From the sequence record OQ873415.1: 64,000 nt of DNA. One strand, 5' to 3'. The stretch comes from Escherichia phage PECP20. Positions 55,137 through 64,000 of this stretch are shown here, one piece after another (the first letter of the stretch is position 1; each line of letters starts with the position of its first letter). The position numbers and the translations under genes were made by a program. The notes under the pieces are model-generated. The model was not told where the DNA came from. It made no database searches and worked only from the letters and a program-made list of their open reading frames with translations.

Positions 55137-55768
55137 TGTTCGCCTCGTAACATGGCACCTAGTGCACCACCAGGGTGGAACTTAAGGAAGTCATTAGAGG
55201 TAAATCCACGTTCAGACGAAAGGTTGATAGCAAACGTATCGATAAGCGCTAACAACAATGTAGTGGACATGGTCGGAGCCAGAGAATTCTCATCAACCTC
55301 TACCGCGATGCCTGTACAGAACGTATAATCAAAAAGAGCTTCGTATTCTTGCGGAATGTCAGGGTTACAATGTAACAGAATCTGTTTAACCTGAGGACGA
55401 ATCATACGAAGATGTTTAGCAACACCTATCATTTCTTCAGTCTTACCAGAACGACTGATGTGAACTAATACATCATTAGGTGCAATAAATCCTGCGTCGC
55501 CATGAGAATAATGCCCGGTGTTCAAATACATGCTAGGAATACCTAGTGAAGCAAAAGTCTCGGAAGCTTTAGTTGCGATATTAGCGTTCTTACCAACACC
55601 TGTAATAATTACTCGGCTTTCATAATTACTCAGTCCAGGGCGACGAAGAGTTTCAAGAATAGCATTATATCGGGCAGAGTTTTGACTAATTACTTTAGCC
55701 ATAGTGGCAAGAGATGAAGCTTGTTTTACGATTGCGTCAATAGCGATAGTGATTGGTGTAGTTTTCAT
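55133..55768 (-). CDS. SIS-domain sugar-phosphate isomerase (arabinose-5-phosphate isomerase KdsD/GutQ-like, no CBS domains)
   Basis: 211 aa; ITGVGKNANIA...HGDAGFIAPNDVLVHISRSGKTEE...APTMSTTLLLALIDTF...FLKFHPGGALG parallels the KdsD SIS domain motifs as recalled. Confidence 0.65.
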   Translation of the reverse strand: MKTTPITIAIDAIVKQASSLATMAKVISQNSARYNAILETLRRPGLSNYESRVIITGVGKNANIATKASETFASLGIPSMYLNTGHYSHGDAGFIAPNDVLVHISRSGKTEEMIGVAKHLRMIRPQVKQILLHCNPDIPQEYEALFDYTFCTGIAVEVDENSLAPTMSTTLLLALIDTFAINLSSERGFTSNDFLKFHPGGALGAMLRGEQ

Positions 55769-55808
55769 ATTTCTCTCATTTAATTAGTTTACCGTCCATG
55801 GCATTATA

Positions 55809-58520
55809 TCAAAAATCGAACATATCGAACAGAGATGCTTTCTTCTCGTAATCGAGTTTCGCTGCTGATGTGAATCCTTCAAGTGGTTTAATAAATGTCT
55901 TCTCAAGGAGAACAGTGTAGTCCATCCAATGAAGTACGTCGTCTTTAATTAAATCTGTGATTTCAGTACCAGAAGGCCATGCGATACATTTATCACCGAA
56001 CGGGTTTCCATCACGTAAAGGCAGAACGTATACCTTTTCGCCTTCTACAACTTGTGGAGCATCAATATTACCTTTGATAGCTCTGTTATATGTCAGAATT
56101 CCACGAATATGGAACGGGCATTTAGGACCAGGGAATCCACCAACGTCATATTTAGCAATGTTATTCGCAGAAGATACTGACGCGATGCTAATATAATTCA
56201 ATTGACGGAATTCTTTTTCAAACTCTTTAAAATATTCTTGTAATGATTCTTCACCTTCTTGAAGCATACGACGAATACATTCTTTAAGAGCTTTCTGTAC
56301 TGCTTTAGGGGTCGAAGATTTCTGTGTTTCGAGACCCATGATTTTGAGTTTAGGCTCAGCGTATCTGGTTCCTTCCATATCCCACACGTTTAATGCATAA
56401 CGTTTCTTACCAGTCCAGAATCCACCAATACCTTTAGAACCGAGTGGAGGACCAGCAATAGCTTCTCGGTCCATGAACATCAAATGTTGCTTATTATTCA
56501 TGTATTCACACATTTCACGGAAACCTCTATCAATAGCCGGTTCCATACGTTCACGAGCGAACTTATCTAAGAAGTCTACCCAATGGTTGGTATCACGGAA
56601 TTTAGATTCACCAACCTTATCAATAATTTTATCTGCAGATACGTAAATAGAGTCTGTATCACCATAAAGAACGAAAGCTTCACCTTCTGTACCACAAACT
56701 TCGTTCAGATATTCATTAACTTTACGTTCAATCCACTGTAAAGCCATTTGACCAAATGTTGTGATTGCAGTTGCATTACGCAAATCGTAATAACGGAACC
56801 AAACGTTACCAAGTGCACCATAAAGCGAGTTGATGAGCAATTTACGGTTAATTTGTGCAGTCATACCTGCAACTTCAGTACGTTGAGCTCTAAACAACAT
56901 TTCATTAAGAGATTTAGCAGACAACTTTTTAATCTTTTCTTTAATCTCATCGCTGAAGTCGAAACGATAATCAACATCTAATGGTTCGTCAACAGAAAGA
57001 TTAGGATTATGCAACGCCTCTTTAATTATTTCACCATTACGTTGAGCCGCAAGCATGTAACCTTTATGTTCTTTACGTTGATTAAAGACCTTAGTGATTT
57101 CAGTTGGAACTACACCATCACGGTCTTTATAATACATCATGCCATTAGGAGAACAACTGTACACATCTGAAGGACGTTCAGCGATTGCGTTAATATAATC
57201 ATGCAGTGGAGCTACTTTAAACGTTCCTGCTATTGTTTCCGGGCTAATATTCACTTGGCGAATAATACTTGGATACAGGGATGTAAGGTCGAAACTCATT
57301 ACATATTTGTATCGATTTGGAATAGGTTCCTTAACAAAAGCGCCAGGATAAGGTTGAACCGGGTGAGAACGACCTTGTGGAATCACCTTGTTCTGCTCTT
57401 TAAGGCTATTAAAAATAATAGCATCCCATGTTTTAATTGGGCTAAACACAGATTGAATCTGTATCTTAGCATAATAACCCATGTCCAAACTCAAGTTGAT
57501 GAACTGACGCTTAGCATCAATTTGCAATACACGATACACGTCGATAATGTTATAAGAAATATATCGTTGGTGATTGCTTTCACGAAGCTTAGAAATAGGG
57601 CCGTCATATTTCAGTTTACCAACGTTCAATTCAAATTCTGAAATGTAATCCAGAGAATACGACGGTTGATTGGTAAAAGAGAATTTTTTGTAAAGGTCAA
57701 TGTAATCAAGAACAGAGATACCGAACAATGTAATGATTTCACGAGAACCATACATGTTTTCGATAACTTTAACACGAGTTTTACGATGTGGTGATAAACG
57801 TTTTGCTGTGGATTCACCAAAAATATTCTTGATTCTGTTATACACATATGGAATATCAAATGACTCAACGTTCCATCCAGTCAAAATGACAGGAGTTTTC
57901 TGTTGCCAGAAGTTGAGATATTCCATCAACAATTCTTTTTCGTTATCGAACGGCATATAAATGATTTTATCGATAATTTCGGATGGAACTTCATCACCAC
58001 CTTGTTCTTGAAGCTTAGCAGCGATTTCAATAGACCATTCTTCTACATTACCATATGGAGAATTCAATAGATCAAATACGTAGAACCTGTCGTCAATTGA
58101 GTCATAATGAGTGATAGCATCAATCGGATGTTTTGCTTGTGACGGCTCAGGGAACCCATCCGGAGATGTTACTTCGATGTCGAAGTTAGCCACACGAATT
58201 TTTGTATGGTCGTATTTGATTTCATAGTTATAAGTGTCAGACAAATACGCCAATTTGAAATCGTCCATGCCAAGTGCTTCAAGTCCGATATCTTCCATGC
58301 GTTTAATCCATTGGGAGGCATCACGCATATTAGCGAACAACTTACGAGTACACGGCTTACCGTAGATATCGAAATATTTCGTAGCCTGACTTTCTGGACA
58401 ATGTGCAAACAACGATGGCTTATACTCTACTTCACGAGTACGTTCACGGCCATTAGAATCGATGTAACGTTCAAAAATTGAATCACCAATCTGTTCAACC
58501 GTTAAGTAAAATTCTTTCAT
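55809..58520 (-). CDS. 43: DNA polymerase gp43 (family B, with 3'-5' exonuclease)
   Basis: 903 aa; N-terminus MKEFYLTVEQIGDSIFERYIDSNGRERTREVEYKPSLFAHCPESQATKYFDIYGKPCTRKLF and exo motif NFDIEV match RB69 gp43 as recalled; pol motifs SLYPSII, YGDTDS. Confidence 0.95.
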   Translation of the reverse strand: MKEFYLTVEQIGDSIFERYIDSNGRERTREVEYKPSLFAHCPESQATKYFDIYGKPCTRKLFANMRDASQWIKRMEDIGLEALGMDDFKLAYLSDTYNYEIKYDHTKIRVANFDIEVTSPDGFPEPSQAKHPIDAITHYDSIDDRFYVFDLLNSPYGNVEEWSIEIAAKLQEQGGDEVPSEIIDKIIYMPFDNEKELLMEYLNFWQQKTPVILTGWNVESFDIPYVYNRIKNIFGESTAKRLSPHRKTRVKVIENMYGSREIITLFGISVLDYIDLYKKFSFTNQPSYSLDYISEFELNVGKLKYDGPISKLRESNHQRYISYNIIDVYRVLQIDAKRQFINLSLDMGYYAKIQIQSVFSPIKTWDAIIFNSLKEQNKVIPQGRSHPVQPYPGAFVKEPIPNRYKYVMSFDLTSLYPSIIRQVNISPETIAGTFKVAPLHDYINAIAERPSDVYSCSPNGMMYYKDRDGVVPTEITKVFNQRKEHKGYMLAAQRNGEIIKEALHNPNLSVDEPLDVDYRFDFSDEIKEKIKKLSAKSLNEMLFRAQRTEVAGMTAQINRKLLINSLYGALGNVWFRYYDLRNATAITTFGQMALQWIERKVNEYLNEVCGTEGEAFVLYGDTDSIYVSADKIIDKVGESKFRDTNHWVDFLDKFARERMEPAIDRGFREMCEYMNNKQHLMFMDREAIAGPPLGSKGIGGFWTGKKRYALNVWDMEGTRYAEPKLKIMGLETQKSSTPKAVQKALKECIRRMLQEGEESLQEYFKEFEKEFRQLNYISIASVSSANNIAKYDVGGFPGPKCPFHIRGILTYNRAIKGNIDAPQVVEGEKVYVLPLRDGNPFGDKCIAWPSGTEITDLIKDDVLHWMDYTVLLEKTFIKPLEGFTSAAKLDYEKKASLFDMFDF

Positions 58521-58568
58521 TTAATTTCCTTTAGACGAGTTATTGTCTTTTGTTTGTTGATGAACTTA

Positions 58569-58588
58569 TTATACTCCAAATGGGACCG
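58569..58588 (-). terminator. Stem-loop after regA, upstream of gene 43
   Basis: Minus strand AAUGGGAC-UUCG-GUCCCAUU followed by UGGAGUAUAAU. Confidence 0.5.
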
Positions 58589-58601
58589 AAGTCCCATTGC
58601 T

Positions 58602-58970
58602 TTAATTACCAATTGTATATTTTGCTTTCAAAGTCCAGTCATCTTTCTGTTTAAAAGAGATAACACGGAAGTTATTAGTCAGGCTAAATAGATCTTCACG
58701 AGCAGAGTCTTCAATAACAATTAACCCCCAGTCTTCAAGCAACTGGGCAATCGAATCACGTCGCTGATAGTCTTCACCGTCGATATCAACTTGTCGTCCG
58801 TCCATACGCAGCATTTCTTTAAAGTGGACGATGTAGTATTTACCTTGCTTTTGGAGGATATGACAGGACTGATAAAGAACTTTATCCTTGTTATTAGCGA
58901 TGCCCATACGGGTCAGAGTCTCTTTGACTTTCAGAAAATCTTCGGGGTTCTTCAATTTAATTTCGATCAT
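58602..58970 (-). CDS. regA: Translational repressor RegA
   Basis: ATG at 58970 gives 122 aa beginning MIEIKLKNPEDFLKVKETLTRMGIANNKDKVLYQSCHIL, matching T4 RegA. Confidence 0.85.
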   Translation of the reverse strand: MIEIKLKNPEDFLKVKETLTRMGIANNKDKVLYQSCHILQKQGKYYIVHFKEMLRMDGRQVDIDGEDYQRRDSIAQLLEDWGLIVIEDSAREDLFSLTNNFRVISFKQKDDWTLKAKYTIGN

Positions 58971-58972
58971 TT

Positions 58973-59536
58973 TTACCATTCCAATGCTAATTTTTTAAAT
59001 TGTTTTTGTTCTTTCACATTTTTTGTAACTTCTTTGAGAAACTCATCAGTGACCATGGCCTTCAGTTCTTTAAGGACTATTGGCAGCTTGTTATTTTTTT
59101 CAAGGAGCCGTTTATACTCGGTGGCATCATTCATGTTGATTGTGTAATGTTTCATCAACAATTTGATAACTAGTAACTCTGAAGTGTCTTCGACTAGTTT
59201 AGCCCATTTAGAGAATCGACGACCACGCGGAATTGCCGCCATCATATAGTTGAAGTGCGCTTCATCACTTAATTCAGAACCGACTAAGTTCATCATGTAA
59301 ACAGCTGGCATACATTCCGGGAACTGGGATAATGAGTTCTCAACCATAAATTTTGAGTAGTCGACCTGAGCAATTGACATAGATTTCTTTTCATTAATAG
59401 CATTAACGATTTTAAAGAATTCATTCTCAGGTTTTTCTTTAAACATATCAGCACATTTTTGAATCGCATCAGCGTCATTAGACTTCCATGCAATTTGGTG
59501 CTCGTTAAGCTGGACGTCATCATCGAATAAGTTCAT
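58973..59536 (-). CDS. 62: Clamp loader small subunit gp62
   Basis: 187 aa, identical length to T4 gp62; between 44 and regA. Confidence 0.8.
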   Translation of the reverse strand: MNLFDDDVQLNEHQIAWKSNDADAIQKCADMFKEKPENEFFKIVNAINEKKSMSIAQVDYSKFMVENSLSQFPECMPAVYMMNLVGSELSDEAHFNYMMAAIPRGRRFSKWAKLVEDTSELLVIKLLMKHYTINMNDATEYKRLLEKNNKLPIVLKELKAMVTDEFLKEVTKNVKEQKQFKKLALEW

Positions 59537-59537
59537 A

Positions 59538-60500
59538 TTATTTCCAAGTCAGTTCGCAGGTCAGTTGAAGAAGCATATACATAACATGTAATTCAATATT
59601 ACTTGCTAGTCCATGAAACTTATTATTTTCGCCTGCAATTTCGTAAAGCGAAATAATACTTTTACCAGGTGCAACTTGGTCATAACATTCTGAAACTAAT
59701 TTATCGATGAACCATGAATAATCTGCAGCATATTTTGGAGCTAATGCACGAAGTTGTTTGATATCTTTGTTCTTCATTGCTTCGATAACATCAGAGACTG
59801 TGCCACGATCATTGGTTACAATCGACAAAATACCCGCATCAAGAACACCTTTAGACGAGTACTGGTCTAATTGACCAATTGTACGACGAAAGTCTGGGAA
59901 GTTCTTTTTAACCAGAGCTGCAACAACTTTCATATCAGCGATTTCGATATTTTCGTTCTTACAGATTTCAACCATGCGATGAATCATTTTCTTCATCATT
60001 GAGATTTTATCTTCTTCAGTCGGACGACCGAATTCGATAACTCGACAACGGCTACGTAATGGTTCAATAATTCCATCAATATTGTTAGCAGTGATAATAA
60101 TAGAGCAGTTACTAGAGAATTCTTCCATAAACGTACGAAGGTGACGTTGTGATTCGGCAAGGCCACTACGGTCAAATTCATCAATAACAATAACTTTCGG
60201 CTTGCCTTCCATTGAGACTGAACGAGCGAATGCAGTTAACGGACCACGCACAAAATCAATTTTACAATCAGAACCGTTGACGAACATCATTTCAGCGTTG
60301 ATATCGTTACATAATGCTTTTGCTACGGTTGTTTTACCGGTACCAGGAGATGGAGAGTGTAAAATAATATGAGGAAGTTTTCCTTTAGTAACCAAAGACT
60401 TGAATGTTTCATGGTCGTAGGCAGGCAGAATACATTCGTCAATGGATGAAGGACGATATTTCTGTTCTAGAATGTGTTCTTTGGAATTGATAGTAATCAT
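59538..60500 (-). CDS. 44: Clamp loader large subunit gp44 (AAA+)
   Basis: 320 aa; Walker [14 protein letters not shown]-type motif (SRCRVIEF). Confidence 0.9.
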   Translation of the reverse strand: MITINSKEHILEQKYRPSSIDECILPAYDHETFKSLVTKGKLPHIILHSPSPGTGKTTVAKALCNDINAEMMFVNGSDCKIDFVRGPLTAFARSVSMEGKPKVIVIDEFDRSGLAESQRHLRTFMEEFSSNCSIIITANNIDGIIEPLRSRCRVIEFGRPTEEDKISMMKKMIHRMVEICKNENIEIADMKVVAALVKKNFPDFRRTIGQLDQYSSKGVLDAGILSIVTNDRGTVSDVIEAMKNKDIKQLRALAPKYAADYSWFIDKLVSECYDQVAPGKSIISLYEIAGENNKFHGLASNIELHVMYMLLQLTCELTWK

Positions 60501-60575
60501 GTAATTTTCCTCATTATCATTAATCTGGAGGATTTCTCCTCCATAATCGTACTACATTAAACGTAAAGCTTTGTC

Positions 60576-61262
60576 TTAGAAGTCGTGAGTAGAATCGGCT
60601 TCCATTGCAATAACATAACTTACTTGAGAGCTTTCAAACTTGGCTGCAACTTTATCACCAGCTCCCCACAACATTACTTTATAGTTACCTGGCTGGATTT
60701 TCATATTAGCCATATTGATTACGAAGTTAAAGTTGTTAGAACCGTCATAATCGGTAAGAGTCAAAGAATACTTAGGACGAGTTAGTCCAGAATCTTCAAC
60801 TTTATTGTAACCATTGATAACAATTTTACCATCTTTATTTGTAATAGCAATTGTATCAATCTGGAGACCACGTGAAACTCGAAGCAATTGTTGAAGGTCT
60901 TCAGCTTTAATTTCAGTAATCACAGAAGCCACCGGGAATTGAATTGGCTTATTAGGAAAAACAATAGTGCTCTTGTCGGCAGCAGGCCAATAAACTGTGG
61001 AACGTGTATCTGCAATTTTAATATTGCCATCGGTGTGCATTGAAATTTCAGCATCATCAGACACTAGACTCAAAATGCTTAAGAAGCTATTCAAATCATA
61101 AAGTGCTACGTCAAAATCAATTTCATCAGAGATATTTGCTTCCGCATAAGTGGTGCCATTAACTGCACGGGTCATAATAAATTTACCTTGACTCAGCAGA
61201 ATACCGGAGTTAATAGAGGCAAAGTTTTTCAGAATAGCGATAGTATCTTTAGACAGTTTCAT
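60576..61262 (-). CDS. 45: Sliding clamp gp45
   Basis: ATG at 61262 (SD GAAAGGAAAT) gives 228 aa beginning MKLSKDTIAILKNFASINSGILL and ending ALEADSTHDF, as T4 gp45. Confidence 0.9.
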   Translation of the reverse strand: MKLSKDTIAILKNFASINSGILLSQGKFIMTRAVNGTTYAEANISDEIDFDVALYDLNSFLSILSLVSDDAEISMHTDGNIKIADTRSTVYWPAADKSTIVFPNKPIQFPVASVITEIKAEDLQQLLRVSRGLQIDTIAITNKDGKIVINGYNKVEDSGLTRPKYSLTLTDYDGSNNFNFVINMANMKIQPGNYKVMLWGAGDKVAAKFESSQVSYVIAMEADSTHDF

Positions 61263-61304
61263 TTTATTTCCTTTCAAGACAATTCAAAGTTTATAACAAA
61301 TTTA

Positions 61305-61721
61305 TTATGCAGCAACCATCTGCTTTTTAATAGCTTCAGGCAGTGATTCAATATATTCTGGAATTTTAGAAGCAACAATTTCGCCGGCTGCAATTAATTG
61401 TTCGTCGGCATCAACACAGTAGAAATCTTCCAGACGCTCAGAACCGTCTTTATCAAGAACGATTTTTCCACCTGCTTCAATAGAATCTTTATAGTGCTTA
61501 CGCATCAGATGAATCCACATATCAGATACATCGTTATCAATAAAACCATAAATCATAAAACGAGTTTCTTGTGGCAAAGATTGAAGCTTTTTAGCACTTG
61601 CGTCATCACAATGCAGGACCCATGCTTTACGAACACGATTATGGTTATGCGGGTTAGCGTCAGTACGGATAGAAGTAACTTTCAGATCAGCAGCAGTGAA
61701 ACCTTTAGCAGTAGTAAACAT
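61305..61721 (-). CDS. rpbA: RNA polymerase-binding protein RpbA-like (by position)
   Basis: 138 aa (T4 RpbA 129 aa) immediately upstream of gene 45. Confidence 0.55.
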   Translation of the reverse strand: MFTTAKGFTAADLKVTSIRTDANPHNHNRVRKAWVLHCDDASAKKLQSLPQETRFMIYGFIDNDVSDMWIHLMRKHYKDSIEAGGKIVLDKDGSERLEDFYCVDADEQLIAAGEIVASKIPEYIESLPEAIKKQMVAA

Positions 61722-61733
61722 ATTATTTCTCTC

Positions 61734-61934
61734 TTATTCGTAGAAGTCAGTAACTGTCCATGCGGAATTGCGATTAGACATTATTTTATTATACTCATCT
61801 TTAAAAGCAGATTTGAGCATTTGTTCAGTAACAATATGTTCTTCACCTGAAAACGTATTGGTCAAAACATATTTTTTAATTTCAGGGACAACGAGAAGAT
61901 GTTGTCCGGTTGAATACTCCATGTTGTTCTCCAT
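61734..61934 (-). CDS. hypothetical small protein (45.2 position)
   Basis: 66-aa ORF. Confidence 0.4.
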   Translation of the reverse strand: MENNMEYSTGQHLLVVPEIKKYVLTNTFSGEEHIVTEQMLKSAFKDEYNKIMSNRNSAWTVTDFYE

Positions 61935-61976
61935 TTAATTTGATGTGGTCATTATAACCACATCGTGTTAAAGCGT

Positions 61977-63665
61977 TTATGAAACAGTCATCACAGTAAA
62001 TCGTCCAACTTTGCTCATTTGAAGATGTTGTCCATAAGCTTGTGGGTCATGGTCTCTGTGACTAATTATAAACACGTTTGCATCGGTTAGAGAGTTAAGA
62101 ATTGTTGAAATAGCTTTAATACCTTCAGAATCAGTCGCGGAATCCATGACTTCGTCCATAATTAATGTATTGATTCTAACACCAGAGACTTTTTCAGCAA
62201 TATCTCGCCATGTAAACAACAATGCGATATCGATACGTGCCTTTTCACCTTGACTAAATGAAGCATAACTGAACTCTTCACGGCCACGTGATTTTATAGA
62301 TTCATTGAATTCTTCATCAATAGAAAACACGTAATCGGCTTCCATGATTTTAAGATAATGGTTAATCTGCTTGTTGAACAGAGGCACATATTTTTTAATG
62401 ATAGCACCTTTAATACCAGAATCTTTTAACATATCTGTGATAATACCACGATGGTATTTTTCAAGAACGATATCTGATTTTGTTTTAATGATTTTATCAA
62501 GTTCTTTTTGAAGCAAAGCTATCTCATCGGCATGGTCGATAAATTCTGCCGAGGCTTGCTCTATTGCAGCTTTAACTTTCTTAGCTTTATCAATAGTGGC
62601 AATCATTGCTTGTTTCTTGGTACGAATATCAGATGCAAGGTCCTGCTTAGTCTTAACATTAGCTCTATATTCGTCCACTAGGACACTCAGATTATCTCTG
62701 TGACAGGTAAGTTGCTCGAATGAGTGATTACATTCATGAAGCTTATCGGTAATCTTAGAGACAATAGGATCACCCTGGTGCAACTGTGATGCACAAGTAG
62801 GACATGTACCGCCATCATGATACATCTTAATAACTTTGTTATATGAGTCAATTTTAGATTTAATCAAGAATGCTTCTTGTCCTATCTTGTTGAATGCCTC
62901 AGTAGGGTCTTCGTCAAGAACGATATTAAGTAGACGCTCATTGGCTTCTTCAATTTCTGCTTTTAATGAACGAGCTTCTTTGGCTAGGTCGTCATACATA
63001 TTCTGTAGACGTGCTACATTATCGCCAGATAATTTCTTTTGGCGTTCGATATTCTCGTTATAAATCTTAATTTGTTGGATAACACCATCTTTCTTGGCAT
63101 CGAGAACTTGTCCCTGGGAATTAAGTTCTCGAACTTGAGACTTATTGATTTTATCCATTTCAGCGAGTGTTCCAACTTCTAATAAGTCTTCAACAAGCTT
63201 TCTGCGAGCAGGGGTGCTAAGAGCCATGAAAGGGGTATACCCTGCCGTCCCAAGCACAACGATCTGTTTAAAAGACGCGTATGACATTCCGATGCTACGT
63301 TCAAATTCTTCTTGGAAGTCACGACTGCTGGCAGATTCATCAAGACGAACACCGCCAACGGAGATTTCGAAAATATTGGGCTTTTGGCCACGTTTAATGA
63401 AGTATTTTTTATCATCAAATTCCATCCAAAGCTCAACTAAGAGCTCTTTCTTGTTCGTGCTATTAATGATTTGTCCTTTCTTAACATCACGAAATGGTTT
63501 ACCGAAAAGTCCGAAAGTAATGGCTTCTAACATCGTAGATTTACCACCGCCATTTTTACCAGTGATTAATGTCTTTTGGACTTTATCTAATTGGATATCA
63601 ATAGGATTCCCACCTACCGACATGATGTTTTGATAACGAACACGATTTAATTTAAATGATTTCAT
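61977..63665 (-). CDS. 46: Recombination endonuclease subunit gp46 (Rad50/SbcC-like ATPase)
   Basis: 562 aa (T4 gp46 560 aa); Walker A GKNGGGKST, zinc hook CPTC, signature/Walker B region near C-terminus. Confidence 0.9.
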   Translation of the reverse strand: MKSFKLNRVRYQNIMSVGGNPIDIQLDKVQKTLITGKNGGGKSTMLEAITFGLFGKPFRDVKKGQIINSTNKKELLVELWMEFDDKKYFIKRGQKPNIFEISVGGVRLDESASSRDFQEEFERSIGMSYASFKQIVVLGTAGYTPFMALSTPARRKLVEDLLEVGTLAEMDKINKSQVRELNSQGQVLDAKKDGVIQQIKIYNENIERQKKLSGDNVARLQNMYDDLAKEARSLKAEIEEANERLLNIVLDEDPTEAFNKIGQEAFLIKSKIDSYNKVIKMYHDGGTCPTCASQLHQGDPIVSKITDKLHECNHSFEQLTCHRDNLSVLVDEYRANVKTKQDLASDIRTKKQAMIATIDKAKKVKAAIEQASAEFIDHADEIALLQKELDKIIKTKSDIVLEKYHRGIITDMLKDSGIKGAIIKKYVPLFNKQINHYLKIMEADYVFSIDEEFNESIKSRGREEFSYASFSQGEKARIDIALLFTWRDIAEKVSGVRINTLIMDEVMDSATDSEGIKAISTILNSLTDANVFIISHRDHDPQAYGQHLQMSKVGRFTVMTVS

Positions 63666-63910
63666 ATGTATTCTCTTCGAATGAAGTCCTCTACATATTT
63701 TAACATGTCATTTCTATCAGCAAAATATTCATCTAGTTCTGCATACATAACAACACCTGGTGCGTACTCACAGGTAACATACATTGTTCCAAAGAAACGA
63801 GGAGTTGATTCCTCGTAATTCTCAGTCCATTCAACGATACCAATATAACCGTCGCCAATACTAAATTCGTGACGATGGATTTCATAGTCAGTCTTCGTCA
63901 TTATACGCAT
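63662..63910 (-). CDS. hypothetical small protein (46.1 position)
   Basis: ORF track start at 63916 is a TTG; first ATG at 63910; ATGA overlap with gene 46. Confidence 0.4.
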   Translation of the reverse strand: MRIMTKTDYEIHRHEFSIGDGYIGIVEWTENYEESTPRFFGTMYVTCEYAPGVVMYAELDEYFADRNDMLKYVEDFIRREYI

Positions 63911-64000
63911 CCTCAATACACGCTTCAGCCATTTTAAGAATAGAGCCAGGAGTATCGTTGTCCATTATATTAAAGCTAAATTCAATAGCCCAGTCGGTGC
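63888..64000 (-). CDS. 3'-terminal fragment of upstream ORF, possibly gene 47 (Mre11-like) or 46.2
   Basis: Open minus-strand frame from window edge to TGA at 63888-63890 (...ILKMAEACIEDAYNDED*); too short to identify. Confidence 0.3.
   Translation of the reverse strand, partial: TDWAIEFSFNIMDNDTPGSILKMAEACIEDAYNDED

Noticed and set aside
58555-58566. TATAAT-like element immediately after the regA hairpin as a possible dedicated gene 43 promoter
   Set aside because: No acceptable -35 or MotA box at the right spacing (the region is occupied by the hairpin); left as unassigned.
1-64000. tRNA, rRNA, integrase, transposase or IS elements
   Set aside because: No cloverleaf-compatible GC-rich ~75-nt segments, no rRNA-like conservation, and no DDE/tyrosine-recombinase motifs recognised; the T4 tRNA cluster lies outside the region this window is syntenic with.

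Overview
This 64-kb window is a segment of a T4-like (T-even, Tevenvirinae) coliphage genome, AT-rich and densely packed with short overlapping genes. It is colinear with the T4 map: nrdA(5' part)-td-frd-32-59-33-dsbA-rnh on the minus strand; the late tail-fibre block 34-35-36-37-38 plus holin t on the plus strand (TATAAATA late promoters); then, again on the minus strand, asiA-arn region-motA-52-ndd-denB-rIIB-rIIA-39-dexA-dda-srd-modB-modA-soc-56-61-sp-dmd-41-40-uvsX-42-43-regA-62-44-45-rpbA-46 and the edge of 47. The DNA polymerase matches my recollection of RB69 gp43 more closely than T4 gp43, so the phage is probably RB69-like (from memory, not verified). The main finding is a roughly 6.5-kb gene cluster between uvsX and gene 43, where T4 carries beta-gt and imm. 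It encodes a SIS-domain sugar-phosphate isomerase, a HAD-like phosphatase, a fused nucleotidyltransferase/anomeric sugar kinase, a Cys-rich enzyme, a 299-aa unknown, a P-loop kinase and a gp42-like hydroxymethylase. Together with a GT-B glycosyltransferase inserted between rIIA.1 and a fused 39+60 topoisomerase gene, this reads as a phage-encoded route to an activated sugar for non-glucose hydroxymethylcytosine DNA hypermodification (arabinosyl-hmC type); this is inference from motifs only. Other departures from T4: td has no intron, gene 39 is unsplit with no gene 60 bypass, gp37 carries a C-terminal intramolecular chaperone domain followed by a T2-type Gly-rich gp38 adhesin, and there is no dam gene between 56 and 61. 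No tRNA, rRNA, CRISPR, integrase or transposase was seen. All homology statements are from motif recognition and memory of T4 proteins; no searches were run.
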